64,000 nucleotides of DNA from Gnetum montanum (lineage: Eukaryota > Plantae > Gnetophyta), in contig MNCI01000167.1 in assembly GCA_015680685.1 (NCBI GenBank), positions 2,346-66,345 of the forward strand, in the 5' to 3' direction. This document shows, piece after piece, positions 51,401 to 61,799 of this stretch. Numbering within the stretch: position 1 is the stretch's first letter; each line of letters begins with the position of its first letter. Under the pieces are notes generated by a model, which was not told the DNA's origin, made no database searches, and saw nothing but the letters and a program-made list of their open reading frames with translations. A program made the translations under genes and the position numbers.

Positions 51401-54400
51401 CGTTACTTTGGAAAGGTGTACATAGATTTTAAATTGAATCATGATTGTGGATTTCTACTTGCTTTTTTAGTTTTTAAAGATTAAACTATGATTCTAGACC
51501 ACTATGAATGCTTACTATAAACTGCCAGACAACTATGACTCCAAGTTATGGTAATATGTGTTCTTAGAAATGTATATAGGTATTTTTTAAGTTATCCTAT
51601 ATGAATGTGTCTTTGTGAGTATTGTTATTGTAATGCAATTTAATTAGTAGCTTTTTATATTTGTTAGCACTTCTGATTTTGTTTATCACATGTCTTGTAA
51701 GGATTATTCGGGTGGTAATGAATATTTACGATTAGTCATCTGTTAATTTAGACTGCGTATTGATTTTTTTTCCTATATATTCAATTGTTACAGGCGCTGC
51801 TTTTTCAGAAAGTGCTGATAGTTACCACTACTTCATAGAAAAAGCATGCTTGAAGTTAATGAAGGTTTTAATATCAGTCCAGAGAATACATCCATATTCC
51901 TTTAGTTACAATGCCATCATTTTTCCAGTTATGGAATTTTGCTTCAAGAAAATCACAAGTCCAGAAGCACATGTTGCTTCTTTTGATATGTTTGTGATTC
52001 AATGCATGATTTTATTTAAGGCAATACTTGATTGTAAAGAGTACAAGTCATGTGCCATTGGTCATGTTGTTGGTGATCGGACCATATCTTTAGAGCAAGC
52101 AAAGGCTGATGTTGGTAGAAGGGCTGAACAAGTTGTAAAGTCATTTATGCTTGAGGACCGGGTCTTACTATTATGTAATGTTCTTATACGCAGGTATGCT
52201 GTAGTAGTTTTAATTTAATCATTACAGTATATATAAATTTCTCTAAATTCCTATTGAAGTAGAATCTTCAATACATACCACAAGTTAGGCACCCTGATTA
52301 GTTTTTTTAGTAGTGTTAACAATGAACAATGCTTTCCTGCAAACTAGGCATGTTCATTTTTTTCTGTTCGACATTGGTATTTGTAAGTAACACTGATTAT
52401 GTATCAGAATTATAAATGAACTTTTTTAGAAGTAACATAAGAGTTGTCGAATCTTTTCCTTATAGTTTTGGCATAATCTGCACCTCTCACATATTTCATT
52501 CAACTCTTAACAAGTTTTTTTTAATGCTAACTGTTTCTTTTTTTTTTTTCTATATTGGAATACATTAAGAGGTGATCTTAAACTATCTTTTTTTTTAAAG
52601 AAAAGATCGGGAAATGTATTATAAAATATCATGTTATATACAATGTAATAGATATGGGGGATAAGAACCCTCTTGTCCCCCATCACCCCACCCCCGCCTT
52701 CCCCTACAAGTGGAGAAAACATCCCTCCTGAAAAATTGATATGACAGAGACATCACATCCACTCATTAGTGAATGTGCCCGAACCTAACTTTCATTCTCA
52801 ACAAAATTCCCCATTTCAATGGGGTAGATCCAACGATGGATTGTAGACAAGAGACAAAGACCAAATCAGTAGACAAAAATAGGAGCCCTCTTCTATCCAA
52901 TACCAGGGTCTAAAGGTTATAGATGTCTAGGGAGCCTAACATAGTGATATGTTGCCTGTTCCTAGGCATGAATGGCTTCGAAGACTGCCCTGTGTCTTAT
53001 AGTATCTACAAATGCATTAGCTTGCTAAAATGCTTTAAAGGCCTCCTCTTTCTGGGCACATTCCTCAGCAGTGCTAGTCCCATTTGGGTGGAGCTTCGTA
53101 GTAGTTCTTTTGATGTGCTTGTGGAGAGCCATCTAGGACATATTGCAATTAATATCTATAACAATGTATGGACATTTCTTGGGCTCAAGCCACCATCGAG
53201 TCTTCTGCTTGTGAGCGCGATCCTATTGTTGTTGTAGCTCTTTAGACTCTTGTTGGTCTTGCTCGAGCTGCTTGTTGTTCCGCATGAATCAACTCCTCAC
53301 GAATTTGCTCACATAGGTCGTCTTCCATCACAACCCTAGTCTTTGATGCCTTAAAATCCCAACGTCTTTTAGCCTCACGCTCTCGCTTGGCATACTGGCT
53401 CTCGGCCATAGCCGTCAAACATTAGAATTCCTCTTCCCTAGCTTGCCACTTTGCCTCCCAAATGAGTTGTTCTTCCCGTCGAGCTTGCTTTGCCACTTCC
53501 TCTGCTACTTTCTCTGTAGTTGTTGCAATTGCCTTTAGCACAGCCTTTGTTGTTGCCTCCGCTGTGGCCTTTTTTGTCACCTTTGCCACAACTTGTCGCA
53601 ACTCCATCTCAAGTGTTGCGAAGTCAGCTTTGCCCTCTCCGGGAAAGGTGGCCGATGAGCCCCTTGGATGTTAGTGGTCTGTGCCCTTGATGTCTGGCTC
53701 TCTTCTAGCATCCACACTTCCTAGGTGTGCCTTCCAAAAAGAGTCCCCCCCACCTCCCCCCCCTTTGGTCGCTAGCCACTGGTTGTAAACAACATGCAGC
53801 TCAGGTCTTGGTTGCCTTGGGCAAACCAGCTGTGCCACCCTTTGGAGGGCCAAGATTAGGTCTGAGTGGTGGCCCTATCTTTGTCGTCGTAGTGCTGCGA
53901 AGAAGAAATGAGGAAGGTTGACACTGTGGCCAAGTCTTAGGCATCTCAAAAACAAAACATGTATGCTCTATAACTTCCAGGCATTACCTGATTGGATGAA
54001 AAATTGGTCCATCAATTTCGTTGCCACTAAAGCATCAAGTTGAAAGCATCCAAGAGATTTTCCCTAGGAGATCAATAAAAGCCCAAAAGAATTCTTCTGG
54101 GCCACTCATCAGGGCCAGGGGCTCTATCTGACTTAATGGAAGCCAATGTCTCATCTAGCTCCATCCAAGTGAAAAGTTCCAAGAGTCTATTGTTCTCCAC
54201 CATGCCTATAACTGACCTCATTGGAACAGTAGGGGCAAGGTCCTTTTCTTGGCCAAGATATTGGCCCAATACTTCTCCATCACTTGTGCAATCTCCTGAG
54301 CCTTGACTAGAGTGGCCCCCCATCCTGTGTCAGCTTAATGTTTTTAGCCTGGCCATTAGACTTTGCAACAGTGAAAAAGAATTTTGTATTTTTGTCTCCT

Positions 54401-57400
54401 TCCTTCAACCATTTAGTTCGTGCACATTGTTTCTAGTACAACTCTTCTTCTTCAGAATGGAATTGTAATGCTTTTGAGCACCGCCTGTTTTGACTCCTTT
54501 ATCGACTCCCTTTGAATTCTTGTTGAGCTTGGAGCTTTGCAAGGCACGTGAGTAGGGCCATTTAATTGGATCTAAAGGAGAACTTCTTTGTAGCTTTTAT
54601 AGAACAAATGACATGCTTAAGGCCTAGTGAGGCCTATTTTAAGAAAATTTTGTGGATCAATTTGCAAAGGATAACCAGCCTAGATCTTCGCCACTAGAGG
54701 TTTGAGCCAAGGCTTTAGTAGCCATGAGCATTCAAAACAAAAGGGAGAAGTTGTGTGTCCTGGCCCCCTCCCCACCTGGCATAGAATAGATTAGTGATCT
54801 GAAGCTTGTCTTTCCCAAACACCTGCACATTAGAGTTCATCAAGATGTTGGTACTCACCCAAACTTGATCACTTTTGGATAGAACTAGGTCCTTCCCTCA
54901 ATGACGATTACTCCAAGTAAACTTGTAGTTTGCAATATCCATGTCCACCAAGTCATGGGCCTGTAAGAAGTCCAAGAATTGCTAACTACTTGGTGGCTTC
55001 GAGAGATCATCACCAAACTTCTCCCAAACATGCAAGTGTTGGTTTAAATCTCCAACCACAATCAAGTGCCTTTGGTCAACCAACTGAGCAATTCTATTCA
55101 GTTCTTCTAGCCCAACCTTCTAGGTCTAGGCTCCATAGAAGTTCATAAGCCAAAAACTATTCTTCATGAGAAAAAATGGTAATATTCCAGGTAGAGGAGT
55201 CTACTAGGGTATAGGGAAATCTTGCCATTATTGCCAAACCGTCAACCCTACCTCTATTGGGAACCAACTGTGTTTGCCACCCAGCCTAGTTGAGACGGTA
55301 ACTTGGTTTCTTGTAAGCAAACTACTTCACATTTCTTCAAGGTTGGTTGTGACCCCATGTTGATCTCCACCTGAGTCTTTTTACTGCAAGCCATCGGCGT
55401 GAGAGGTCTCCTAGCCTTCCCTAGCTTTGGTGAGATTGGAAAGCCCCCTTGCATGCCTTAGCCGCCTCCAGAATCTTCGTCATTTTGGGAACTGACGAAC
55501 TTCTAACTATTGCAACCCACTCTCTCAATGGGGGTAAATCCTCCCCCCCTCCTCCCCCCCAACCTTGTTAGGTTTTGTAGGCGGTTTGGGGGAGGCAAGT
55601 TTTGGTGATTGGGGTTGCATAGGAGTAGATGCATGCACTTAGGTGTAGGTCGCCCATGTTGAGCCACCAACGTCCATCTGTCTCCTTCCTTGCAAGGTGC
55701 TGGGGCCTTGGTGTAGACCCAACAAGCCATAGCCTGGTGGTTGGCCTTTCCACAAATCGTGCAATGAGCACTAATGGCAGTGCCACTTGCTGAAGACTTG
55801 TTATTGGGGAGATTCCCATACTCAACATGGAGTTTGTCTTCCCTAGCTAGGAGATCCAAGACCACTTCTTGCACTATGTGACATCTTGTTCTCGGATGTC
55901 ATGGCAAACGTTAAATATGTGTTATATTAGACATTATGTAGAAGAAGACAATATACCAAACGTCAAATATATGTCACATTCGACATTATTTGTAAAGGAA
56001 ATAATAGGGAAAATGCATAAGGAGAAAGAAAAAGAATGCTTTATTGATATGGAATAGTGTATCCAGATCATGCTATGAAAGTGTTCCTTAGGGTTTTCTT
56101 CTTTCAGCATGTATCCTTTAGAGGCAATCCAACACTACCACCACGGTTAGGCCTATCATTGACTAGAAGGGATGGCCATTCTTCTAGTTGTCCCACTTCA
56201 CTTGGCTTCCATGACTTGCTTGTACCGGCTCCGCCACTCCATGCCTAGCATGACCTTTAAGCTCGGGTATAAACACCGTAGGTCAAACCCCGAAAGGTTG
56301 CCTCAATAGACATGTCCGTTATTACAATGCACCCTTTCGGGTCTCAATTACAACTACCCTTTTGGGTCTTCTTACGATAATGATAACATTTGTTATGAAG
56401 AGGCACCATCTTCATTATGCAACAGCATCATTTAGGAATGCGGACATTACAATCTACCCTCGTTAGGTTTTGTTTGTCTTTGAACAAGTCCACGTTCATT
56501 GTCTTTTTCCAGCTCTAGTACTTTTGTTATGATCATGTGCTCCAATAATTTGATTTCTCCTTTGAACTTGAAGTTGTTTCTTGCTTATTTTGTAAACAAG
56601 ACACATGTAAGAAAAATATATGGAAAATTAAATATTACTTTTTTAATACTTCATTTTCTAAGATAATGAAAATAGGTGAATTAAAGATCTACCAACCACC
56701 AATCACCAATCCTAACTAGGGTCACACAAATTGCAACTCGTATTTGGTTACCCAAGTGAAGGTAGGGCAAATCCTTTATTCCCGACTTCCATTACCTTAG
56801 ATATTTCACTCATCTAATGAAAATATAAATTAAATAATGAAGAAAATAATAAGATTATAAATAAAAGTAAGAGTGAGATACTTTTTGATCTTAATCAATC
56901 TTATGAATTGATCGGAGTAATTGTAATTCTATCATAAGTGGTATATGATTGGATGATCTTGTTCGAGATGGCAAGGCTTGATCTTGATTCTCAACTTCTT
57001 CTTTAGAAATTAACTCTAGTAATTTGGTAACTTGGAAGAATCGAACATTGTATCAAATATAATCTAGGGTCTTAATGAAGAATGCTATTGACCCACCCTC
57101 ATTAGTCATAGTAGAGTAATTGGTAAACTGTGGTTCTTGATGAGTACTATCCATCAGCATCATATGTTCCTGAATTTTGGAATCTGATTTATCTATTGGA
57201 GATTTGAAGTAAGCAGAATATGCACTGGCTCATGGGATTGCATGTTGAATTGAGTGAAACATCTTCTTCAAATTAGGTTCATCTTTGAAGGATTCTTTTA
57301 CACATCTATATTTTAAGAATTGATGAGCATCACTTCCAACTTTTACATTGAAGTCTCCACAAAGAACAAATGGCACTGGATCGGTATAACTTAGGAATAA

Positions 57401-60400
57401 CTTATTCTTCAAGCTTTCTTTTATTTGCTTAATCAAGTATGCTCCTTGACACAGTCTAACGTCTGAACATGTTGGTTTGGCAATTAAATGTGTTGATTAT
57501 ACATACACATCTTCCTGATAACTAGATTTTTAAAATCACTGCCAAGGCTATGTGATTTTTCCGAAATGTTGATTGTTCTTTCTTTGTCATCACTTGTAGT
57601 TCTGAAATTTCAAAAATCATATTTTCTAAACTCCATTCAAATCTTTGTACTATTCAAACTTGGCTTCTTTATAAAAGATTGTGCAACCATCCATGTTGTG
57701 ATTTCTAGGCATAAAACATCAGCATCCAAATTTTGTAACTTTGTTAAGATGCGTGGGTATTGATATTTGTGCCAATCCAAGGCCCATGGTGGACATAGCA
57801 AATGTTGTTTCTCACTTGTTAAGGATCTTACAAGCATGTTGTATGTTGCAACTTTCATTCTCATTTTTGTATTTTCTTCTGGATCATTTCTCTTCATGGG
57901 TTTCATACACTTTGTCGAAACAATATTTTGAGTCTCCGTGTTGTTCTATCATATGATTTGATTGCAAGATGAATTGATATACATCTTCTTGACTGTTGAA
58001 GACCATTCTATTTCATTAATTGATTCTACAACTAATTTTGGTAATATTTAGCTACATTATCTAATTTCAATAATATTTAACAACATTATCTAATTCTTAA
58101 CAATGTTTCTACGCCACTTAAGACACTGACTCTGGCAGTGTAACTAATGACATGCCTTAGTGATCTTAATACCACAAGCAAAGATTAAGCACTTGATCTC
58201 AAGGCCCACAAGGTTAAATTTGTTAGTCCCAACAAGGCATGATTAGTTCTCGTTTTGTTGTCAACTTTTAAGGCACAATTTCATGATATCATTGAATTAT
58301 TGAGTACCTAGATGATAAATCTGACATCACCATTGAGTTCAAAAGGGTGAAAAATGTTGGAAATGACTATTCATATGTTAAAAATGGACATCGTATACTT
58401 AAGTTACTCTAAAATTAAACTTTTGAGGGTCTTAAGGCACTATATCGGGCAAGGGGTGAAAACTAATTTTTGAGGTTCAATGAGGTAGATGTGACTTCAC
58501 GATTGTGTCTAGAAGGTTGAAATCTGTAAGAAACGACTCTTCGTTTGTTGAAAAAAGCTTCCAAAATCAAAAGTTATGGCTTCTAGAGTCTAGAACCTTT
58601 GGCGCAAAGAAGAAGACTTCTCGAAAGGTCACCCATCCCAAACTACTCCAAAATGAGCATGCTTAATTACAGAATTTTATTCTCGTTGCTACCAAGGTGC
58701 CTAATCTCTCTTTTTTTTTTGAAAATTTTATTTTTTCTCATTCTTAATTTAAACTAATGGTTCAAAGATGGAAATTTGAATTTTTTGTCAGTTGATGGGA
58801 ATTTTGAATTTTTTGTTAGTTGATGGAGAATTTTTCCTGTTGTGCAGCAGGGTGGGATGTCAGCAGCAATGGCCGCGGTGGCATGCTAGCAATGGCTTCG
58901 GGAGCAGATTAGCGGCATTGGGTACAGATTGTTGTTGGTCAATATAGATTGGTGTTTGAGCGGCAGCTTGGAACGGAGCAGATCAATGTCGTTTTTCATT
59001 CTCTTTACTGCATGGCCCAGGTGAGGGCCAACACGGTTTGTGTGTGGCTTGCACAGCATGCAAAGGGGCTCGTGCAGCCCATGTAGGGCCAACGTGGCCT
59101 TTGTAAGGGCTTGCGCAGCCCCAAGTAGGGACTATGTGCCCCATGTAGGGGTCTCTGTGGCCTGTGCTAGGGCCTGCACGACCCCCACAAAGGGTTGGTG
59201 CAGCTCAAGTAGGAACTATGTGGCCTATGGCCTTGGCAGAAACAACGTGCATCAGTGGCAAGGGTTTTCGTTGTTGGAGGGTGCCAGAGGTGGCCTTTAT
59301 GGGTGGTGTTGTCAGTGTCTACGGAGCATTGGAGGTGGCCTTTATGGGCAGTGCCGTCGGTGTCCATGGAGCACTAGAGGTGGCCTTTATGGGCAGTGTT
59401 GTCAATGCCTACGGTGTGCCAGAGGTGGTAGTGATCTACGGTGCTGTTGGTGCTCGTAGAGTGTCGGAGGTGGCAATGATCTAAGGTGCTGTTGGTGCCG
59501 GTGGATTGCCAAAGGTGGTAGTGATCTTTGATGCCATCGGTGCCTGTGGGTGTTAGAGGTGGCATTGATCTACGGTGCCTGTTAGTGCCTATGGAGTGTC
59601 GGAGGTGGTAGTCATTTGTGGTGCCATCAGTGCCCATGGAGCATCGTCAGTGGCTAAAATTGTGATGGATTTTTTGGCAATGGTGGAGGTGACAGTAGCA
59701 GCAATGATGACAATGGTAGTGGAGGCGGTGGCAAAAATGACAGTGCGGTAGGCAGCGAGGGTTTCAGTAGACTACAGGTAAGGGAGTGGCGGTGGTGGCA
59801 AGTGTTGCAAGGCACAGAGGAGTAGGATTTTAGTAGCAACTGAGTGGTATTGCGGGAGCTTGGGGTGCAGCAGCCATGCGTGGCAAGTGTTGGTGTCGCA
59901 GCAGTGCACGGTAGGCATCAATGTTGCTTTGGCCAAGTGGCTAGGATGGCGAGTGGCAGTAGGGAAATGACACAGGTGGTAGGGTGTTTGCAGGAGCATT
60001 GGCCTTAGAAGGGTTCGTGGCTTTTCTAGGGCTTGCATGATCCTTGCAATATTTTNCGCAGCAGCACCATTTGGAAATGGGGATGTTATTTAGGGTTTCT
60101 TAGGAAGAGTTTCTTTATTAATATGGAACTGAAATTGTTTTGTTATTGCGATGTCCCTGAAATTGTGACTTTGTAAGATTTACATGATATACTTTAACTG
60201 AAGTAATATGCAAACTAGAATTGAAAACATAAAAAATTAAACTAACAAATATGAAAGAATAAAAATATGTAAATCAAATGAGCAAACAATCTTATAGCTA
60301 GAGTTGTTTAAAGTTATTGCTTCCAACAGCGTAAGTCACATTTTATTCACCAGTATTAGGTGTTGCACATTTTTGATTTGCTATGTTTGTGGATGGATGC

Positions 60401-61288
60401 AGCCTTGAGTTCTTTGGGTTCTATATAAATTTGTTTTAATAGTGGTATATCAAATTTATTTTTAATATGTTCTTACATTTTTATTGAATGTCTTTATATT
60501 ATTTTTTTACAGATATTTTATTTTAACATCAAGTGATCTGGAAGGATGGGGTGATGATCCTGAAGAGTTTCACCATGAGCAGGATATGATTCAGTGGACA
60601 GATCGTTTGCGACCTTGTGCCGAAGCATTATATTTAACACTGCTTGAGAATCACCGAGAGGTAATTTGTATGGATTTACATTTTATTATAAAGTTATTTT
60701 AGAGTTTTTCTTCTAAGGAATTCAAGTATATATTTACATAATGTTTTTATACATATATATTTATTTTGATTTGGTGAGATTTTATGAATAATAATATTGA
60801 ATATACACAAAATACTGCATCAGGTTTTAGCACCCTTAGTCATTAACATTTTGAAGGAGGCAATGACAAATCGTTCATCTAATGAAGCTGAAAATGCATC
60901 GGAAATGATTTTCAAGGAAGCTGTGTACAATGCAATTGGAGTTGGTCATTATGAAATATCAAATCATTTGACATTTAAATCATGGTCGGTAAACTCTGAT
61001 TATTGTTTTTTCGAATCCTAAAAACTAACATGAATGTAGCAGGGTTCTTTTATGTGTCTATAAAGCAAAATTCAACTGGGTTTTTTTGTGAAATTGATCT
61101 TTAGATGCTATTTAATCAATGACTATGCGCACACATTAATTTTTAACATTATTAGCTGATTTTATCTATTGAAATTATTTTTTCTCAGGTTTGAAGGTGT
61201 TCTTCTACCAGAACTTAATAATCCGTATCCAAATCGACATATCCTACGGCGTAGGATAGCACTTATATTAGGACAATGGGTAACAGAG
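30323..61288 (+). CDS. KA120: Importin-11 / karyopherin-beta KA120 orthologue, coding exons 1-11 (gene continues beyond the window)
   Basis: Exons 30323-30463, 31743-31852, 32125-32197, 32433-32494, ~33644-33768 (5' end in an N gap), 35118-35339, 35431-35497, 51794-52193, 60513-60660, 60824-60984, 61189-61288. GT-AG sites and phases are consistent wherever visible. Peptide MALSTADLQTIYSLL...VYFKNSINRYW...KIARIDYPKEW...KELSTKRL...FHHEQDMIQWTDRLRPCAEALY matches plant importin-11 as recalled. Confidence 0.93.
31743..31852 (+). CDS. KA120: Importin-11 exon 2
   Basis: EIISRKDLDSQNNARWLATVYFKNSINRYWRQRRES (IBN_N region). Confidence 0.92.
32125..32197 (+). CDS. KA120: Importin-11 exon 3
   Basis: ITKEEKTYLRKRLLQLIREENYQ. 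Confidence 0.9.
32433..32494 (+). CDS. KA120: Importin-11 exon 4
   Basis: VAVQLAVLISKIARIDYPKEW. Confidence 0.92.
33644..33768 (+). CDS. KA120: Importin-11 exon 5 (5' end lost at N 33643)
   Basis: LVQHLQSIDILGSHRVYLVLHRILKELSTKRLAADQRNFAE. Confidence 0.88.
35118..35339 (+). CDS. KA120: Importin-11 exon 6
   Basis: VTSLLYNYAWVQW...ERWLLCLKILKLMLLSGFQSDAKCIQ. Confidence 0.9.
35431..35497 (+). CDS. KA120: Importin-11 exon 7
   Basis: EVPIVKDVCPAVLQAVQSILQY. Confidence 0.9.
35631..36220 (-). mobile_element. 5'-truncated L1-type LINE 3' end (copy A) encoding a J-domain-like segment
   Basis: Short poly(A) (T7 at 35631-35637) and a 3' UTR similar to the other two L1 copies. Minus translation YILMVINNEASWTEL*RHIELVATKYHPDKTKDMPDNERLQVEQDF, then after a 35-bp duplication (36026-36095) LEFQQATNFVASTQLRAILD. 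Confidence 0.8.
36387..41562 (+). mobile_element. Non-autonomous Copia-type LTR element
   Basis: LTRs 36387-37242 and 40796-41562 (TGTTGAA...AACA). Degenerate tRNA-Met PBS TGATATTGGAG and PPT TTGAGGGAGAG. No gag/pol motifs seen. Flanks (GCTGC/ACCTC) do not form a TSD. Confidence 0.8.
38188..40540 (+). pseudogene. Decayed long ORF of unknown function inside the Copia-type element
   Basis: Runs of coding-like fragments (MNPEKKYNF..., DIEEQLNEVGMSRY...EIFYKGMFVHVPVNEEIVRHVLK, REFWDNILKIWLKDPEKAIYEVEKYW) and a coiled-coil tail. Contains a ~115-bp tandem duplication at 39772-40003. Confidence 0.55.
41969..42286. repeat. ~159-bp tandem duplication
   Basis: TGGACAATGTGCAAATTCC...GCGATCTGGGAAT occurs twice, near-identical. 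Confidence 0.85.
42670..45818 (+). mobile_element. 5'-truncated L1-clade LINE (copy B): RT, zf-RVT, long in-frame C-terminal extension, poly(A)
   Basis: LKLDIIKAYD, GLRQGDPLFPLLF, YVDDTML, CPLCTGSLEMVIHFVFEC and LWEAWKIWNRTIF. Extension runs to ~45450; poly(A) at 45797-45818. Confidence 0.9.
46200..46575. repeat. Cluster of ACCAC/GTGGT direct and inverted motifs, possibly DNA-transposon subterminal repeats
   Basis: Many ACCAC(A/G)..TTGTGGT units; no TIR or TSD identified. Confidence 0.3.
46600..48935. mobile_element. Composite LTR fragments, including a probable solo LTR at 47606-48935
   Basis: TGTTGAGGA...TCCTCATCA inverted termini, TATAAATAGG at ~48075 and AATAAA at ~48842. A minus-strand TATA-bearing LTR-like block lies at 46870-47400. 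TSD imperfect; N at 48123. Confidence 0.45.
49300..50665 (-). mobile_element. RTE-clade LINE, decayed RT
   Basis: GKMPNNWEKSIVVLSYKNKGDV, PGRSTIEAIF, FIDFEKIYDRVPR, GLHQMSALGPYLF and AIRPTILYGVECWA are typical plant RTE motifs. Confidence 0.9.
51794..52193 (+). CDS. KA120: Importin-11 exon 8
   Basis: FIEKACLKLMKVL...HPYSF...CKEYK...VLLLCNVLIR. Confidence 0.93.
52588..55876 (-). mobile_element. L1-clade LINE (copy C): ORF1 zinc knuckle, APE endonuclease, RT deleted, C-terminal extension with J-like domain, poly(A)
   Basis: CTICGKANHQAMAC, VVCLQETKL, WLKEGDKNTKFF and SDRAPGPD, then a jump at ~54035 to the extension. Poly(T) at 52588-52596. Confidence 0.85.
55877..56451 (-). mobile_element. 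3' LTR of a chromovirus-like Gypsy element
   Basis: Termini TGTGACATC...GACATTACA. PPT (AACGAGGGTAGAT on minus) abuts the end at 56452-56464. Interrupts ORF1 of LINE C. No partner LTR found. Confidence 0.65.
56891..57906 (-). pseudogene. Intronless CCR4/nocturnin/angel-type EEP deadenylase domain, decayed
   Basis: In order: KVATYNML, CPPWALDW, DADVLCLE, DGCTIFY, IINTHL, PFVLCGDFN, EPQFTNY, TLDYI, LPSRTRSSNHIPL, stop at 56891-56893. Several stops and frameshifts plus an internal deletion. Confidence 0.88.
58612..58678 (-). other. 5S rRNA-derived internal promoter core (A box, IE, C box), degenerate and TE-embedded
   Basis: Minus strand AAAATTCTGTAATTAAGCATGCTCATTTTGGAGTAGTTTGGGATGGGTGACCTTTCGAGAAGTCTTC versus plant 5S AGAACTCCGCAGTTAAGCGTGCTTGGGCGAGAGTAGTACTAGGATGGGTGACCTCCTGGGAAGTCCTC. 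Confidence 0.7.
59280..59640. repeat. GC-rich 45-bp minisatellite, ~8 diverged copies
   Basis: Unit approximately AGCATTGGAGGTGGCCTTTATGGGCAGTGCCGTCGGTGTCCATGG. Confidence 0.85.
60513..60660 (+). CDS. KA120: Importin-11 exon 9
   Basis: YFILTSSDLEGWGDDPEEFHHEQDMIQWTDRLRPCAEALYLTLLENHRE. Confidence 0.93.
60824..60984 (+). CDS. KA120: Importin-11 exon 10
   Basis: VLAPLVINILKEAM...KEAVYNAIGVGHYEISNHLTFKSW. Confidence 0.92.
61189..61288 (+). CDS. KA120: Importin-11 exon 11
   Basis: FEGVLLPELNNPYPNRHILRRRIALILGQWVTE. Confidence 0.92.
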
Positions 61289-61799
61289 GTTGGAATATAT
61301 TTCAATGCTTCATGAAATTAGGTTGTATTTCATAGAGTTTCAATTTTGTCATTCTTAAACAATTTACAATTAAATTGTTGAAGTTTGTGTTGATAAGGGT
61401 TGCATTAAACTGGATCAACCATTAAGATTAAACTCCAATAATGACAAACAAAAAGAACTTATAATGTTAAGATGAGTATATAAAACCATGGTGTTACCAT
61501 AAGGATATGTATAACAAATGTTTCAATTTTGGTTATTCAATTCTTCACCCTATTAGGTTTGAACCATGTATATATGTTTCTTTGCCAAGAAACAGTACCT
61601 GCATGGATGTCAGCCCCCAAATTGAATCTCTTGGATATTATTGTGAAACTTGAATGTGTAGGCTAATCCAGTAGTAATATTACAAAACTAGAATTGATCA
61701 ATAAGCAATTTGGTGTTCAATCTAACAAGATAAACAGAATACAGAAGTGTTAGAATTAAGTTATGATCAAAATTATCCAATTTTCAAAAATATTACAAT

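Noticed and set aside
56891-57906. LINE endonuclease or functional host CCR4 gene
   Set aside because: Motifs (CPPWALDW, NTHL, EPQFTNY) are CCR4-type rather than L1 APE-type, and stops, frameshifts and a deletion exclude an intact gene.
58612-58678. Functional 5S rRNA gene
   Set aside because: Only the central core matches, with many substitutions. The 5' and 3' stems and array context are missing.
59280-59640. CRISPR-like array
   Set aside because: Whole units are homologous with no unique spacers, and the context is eukaryotic.
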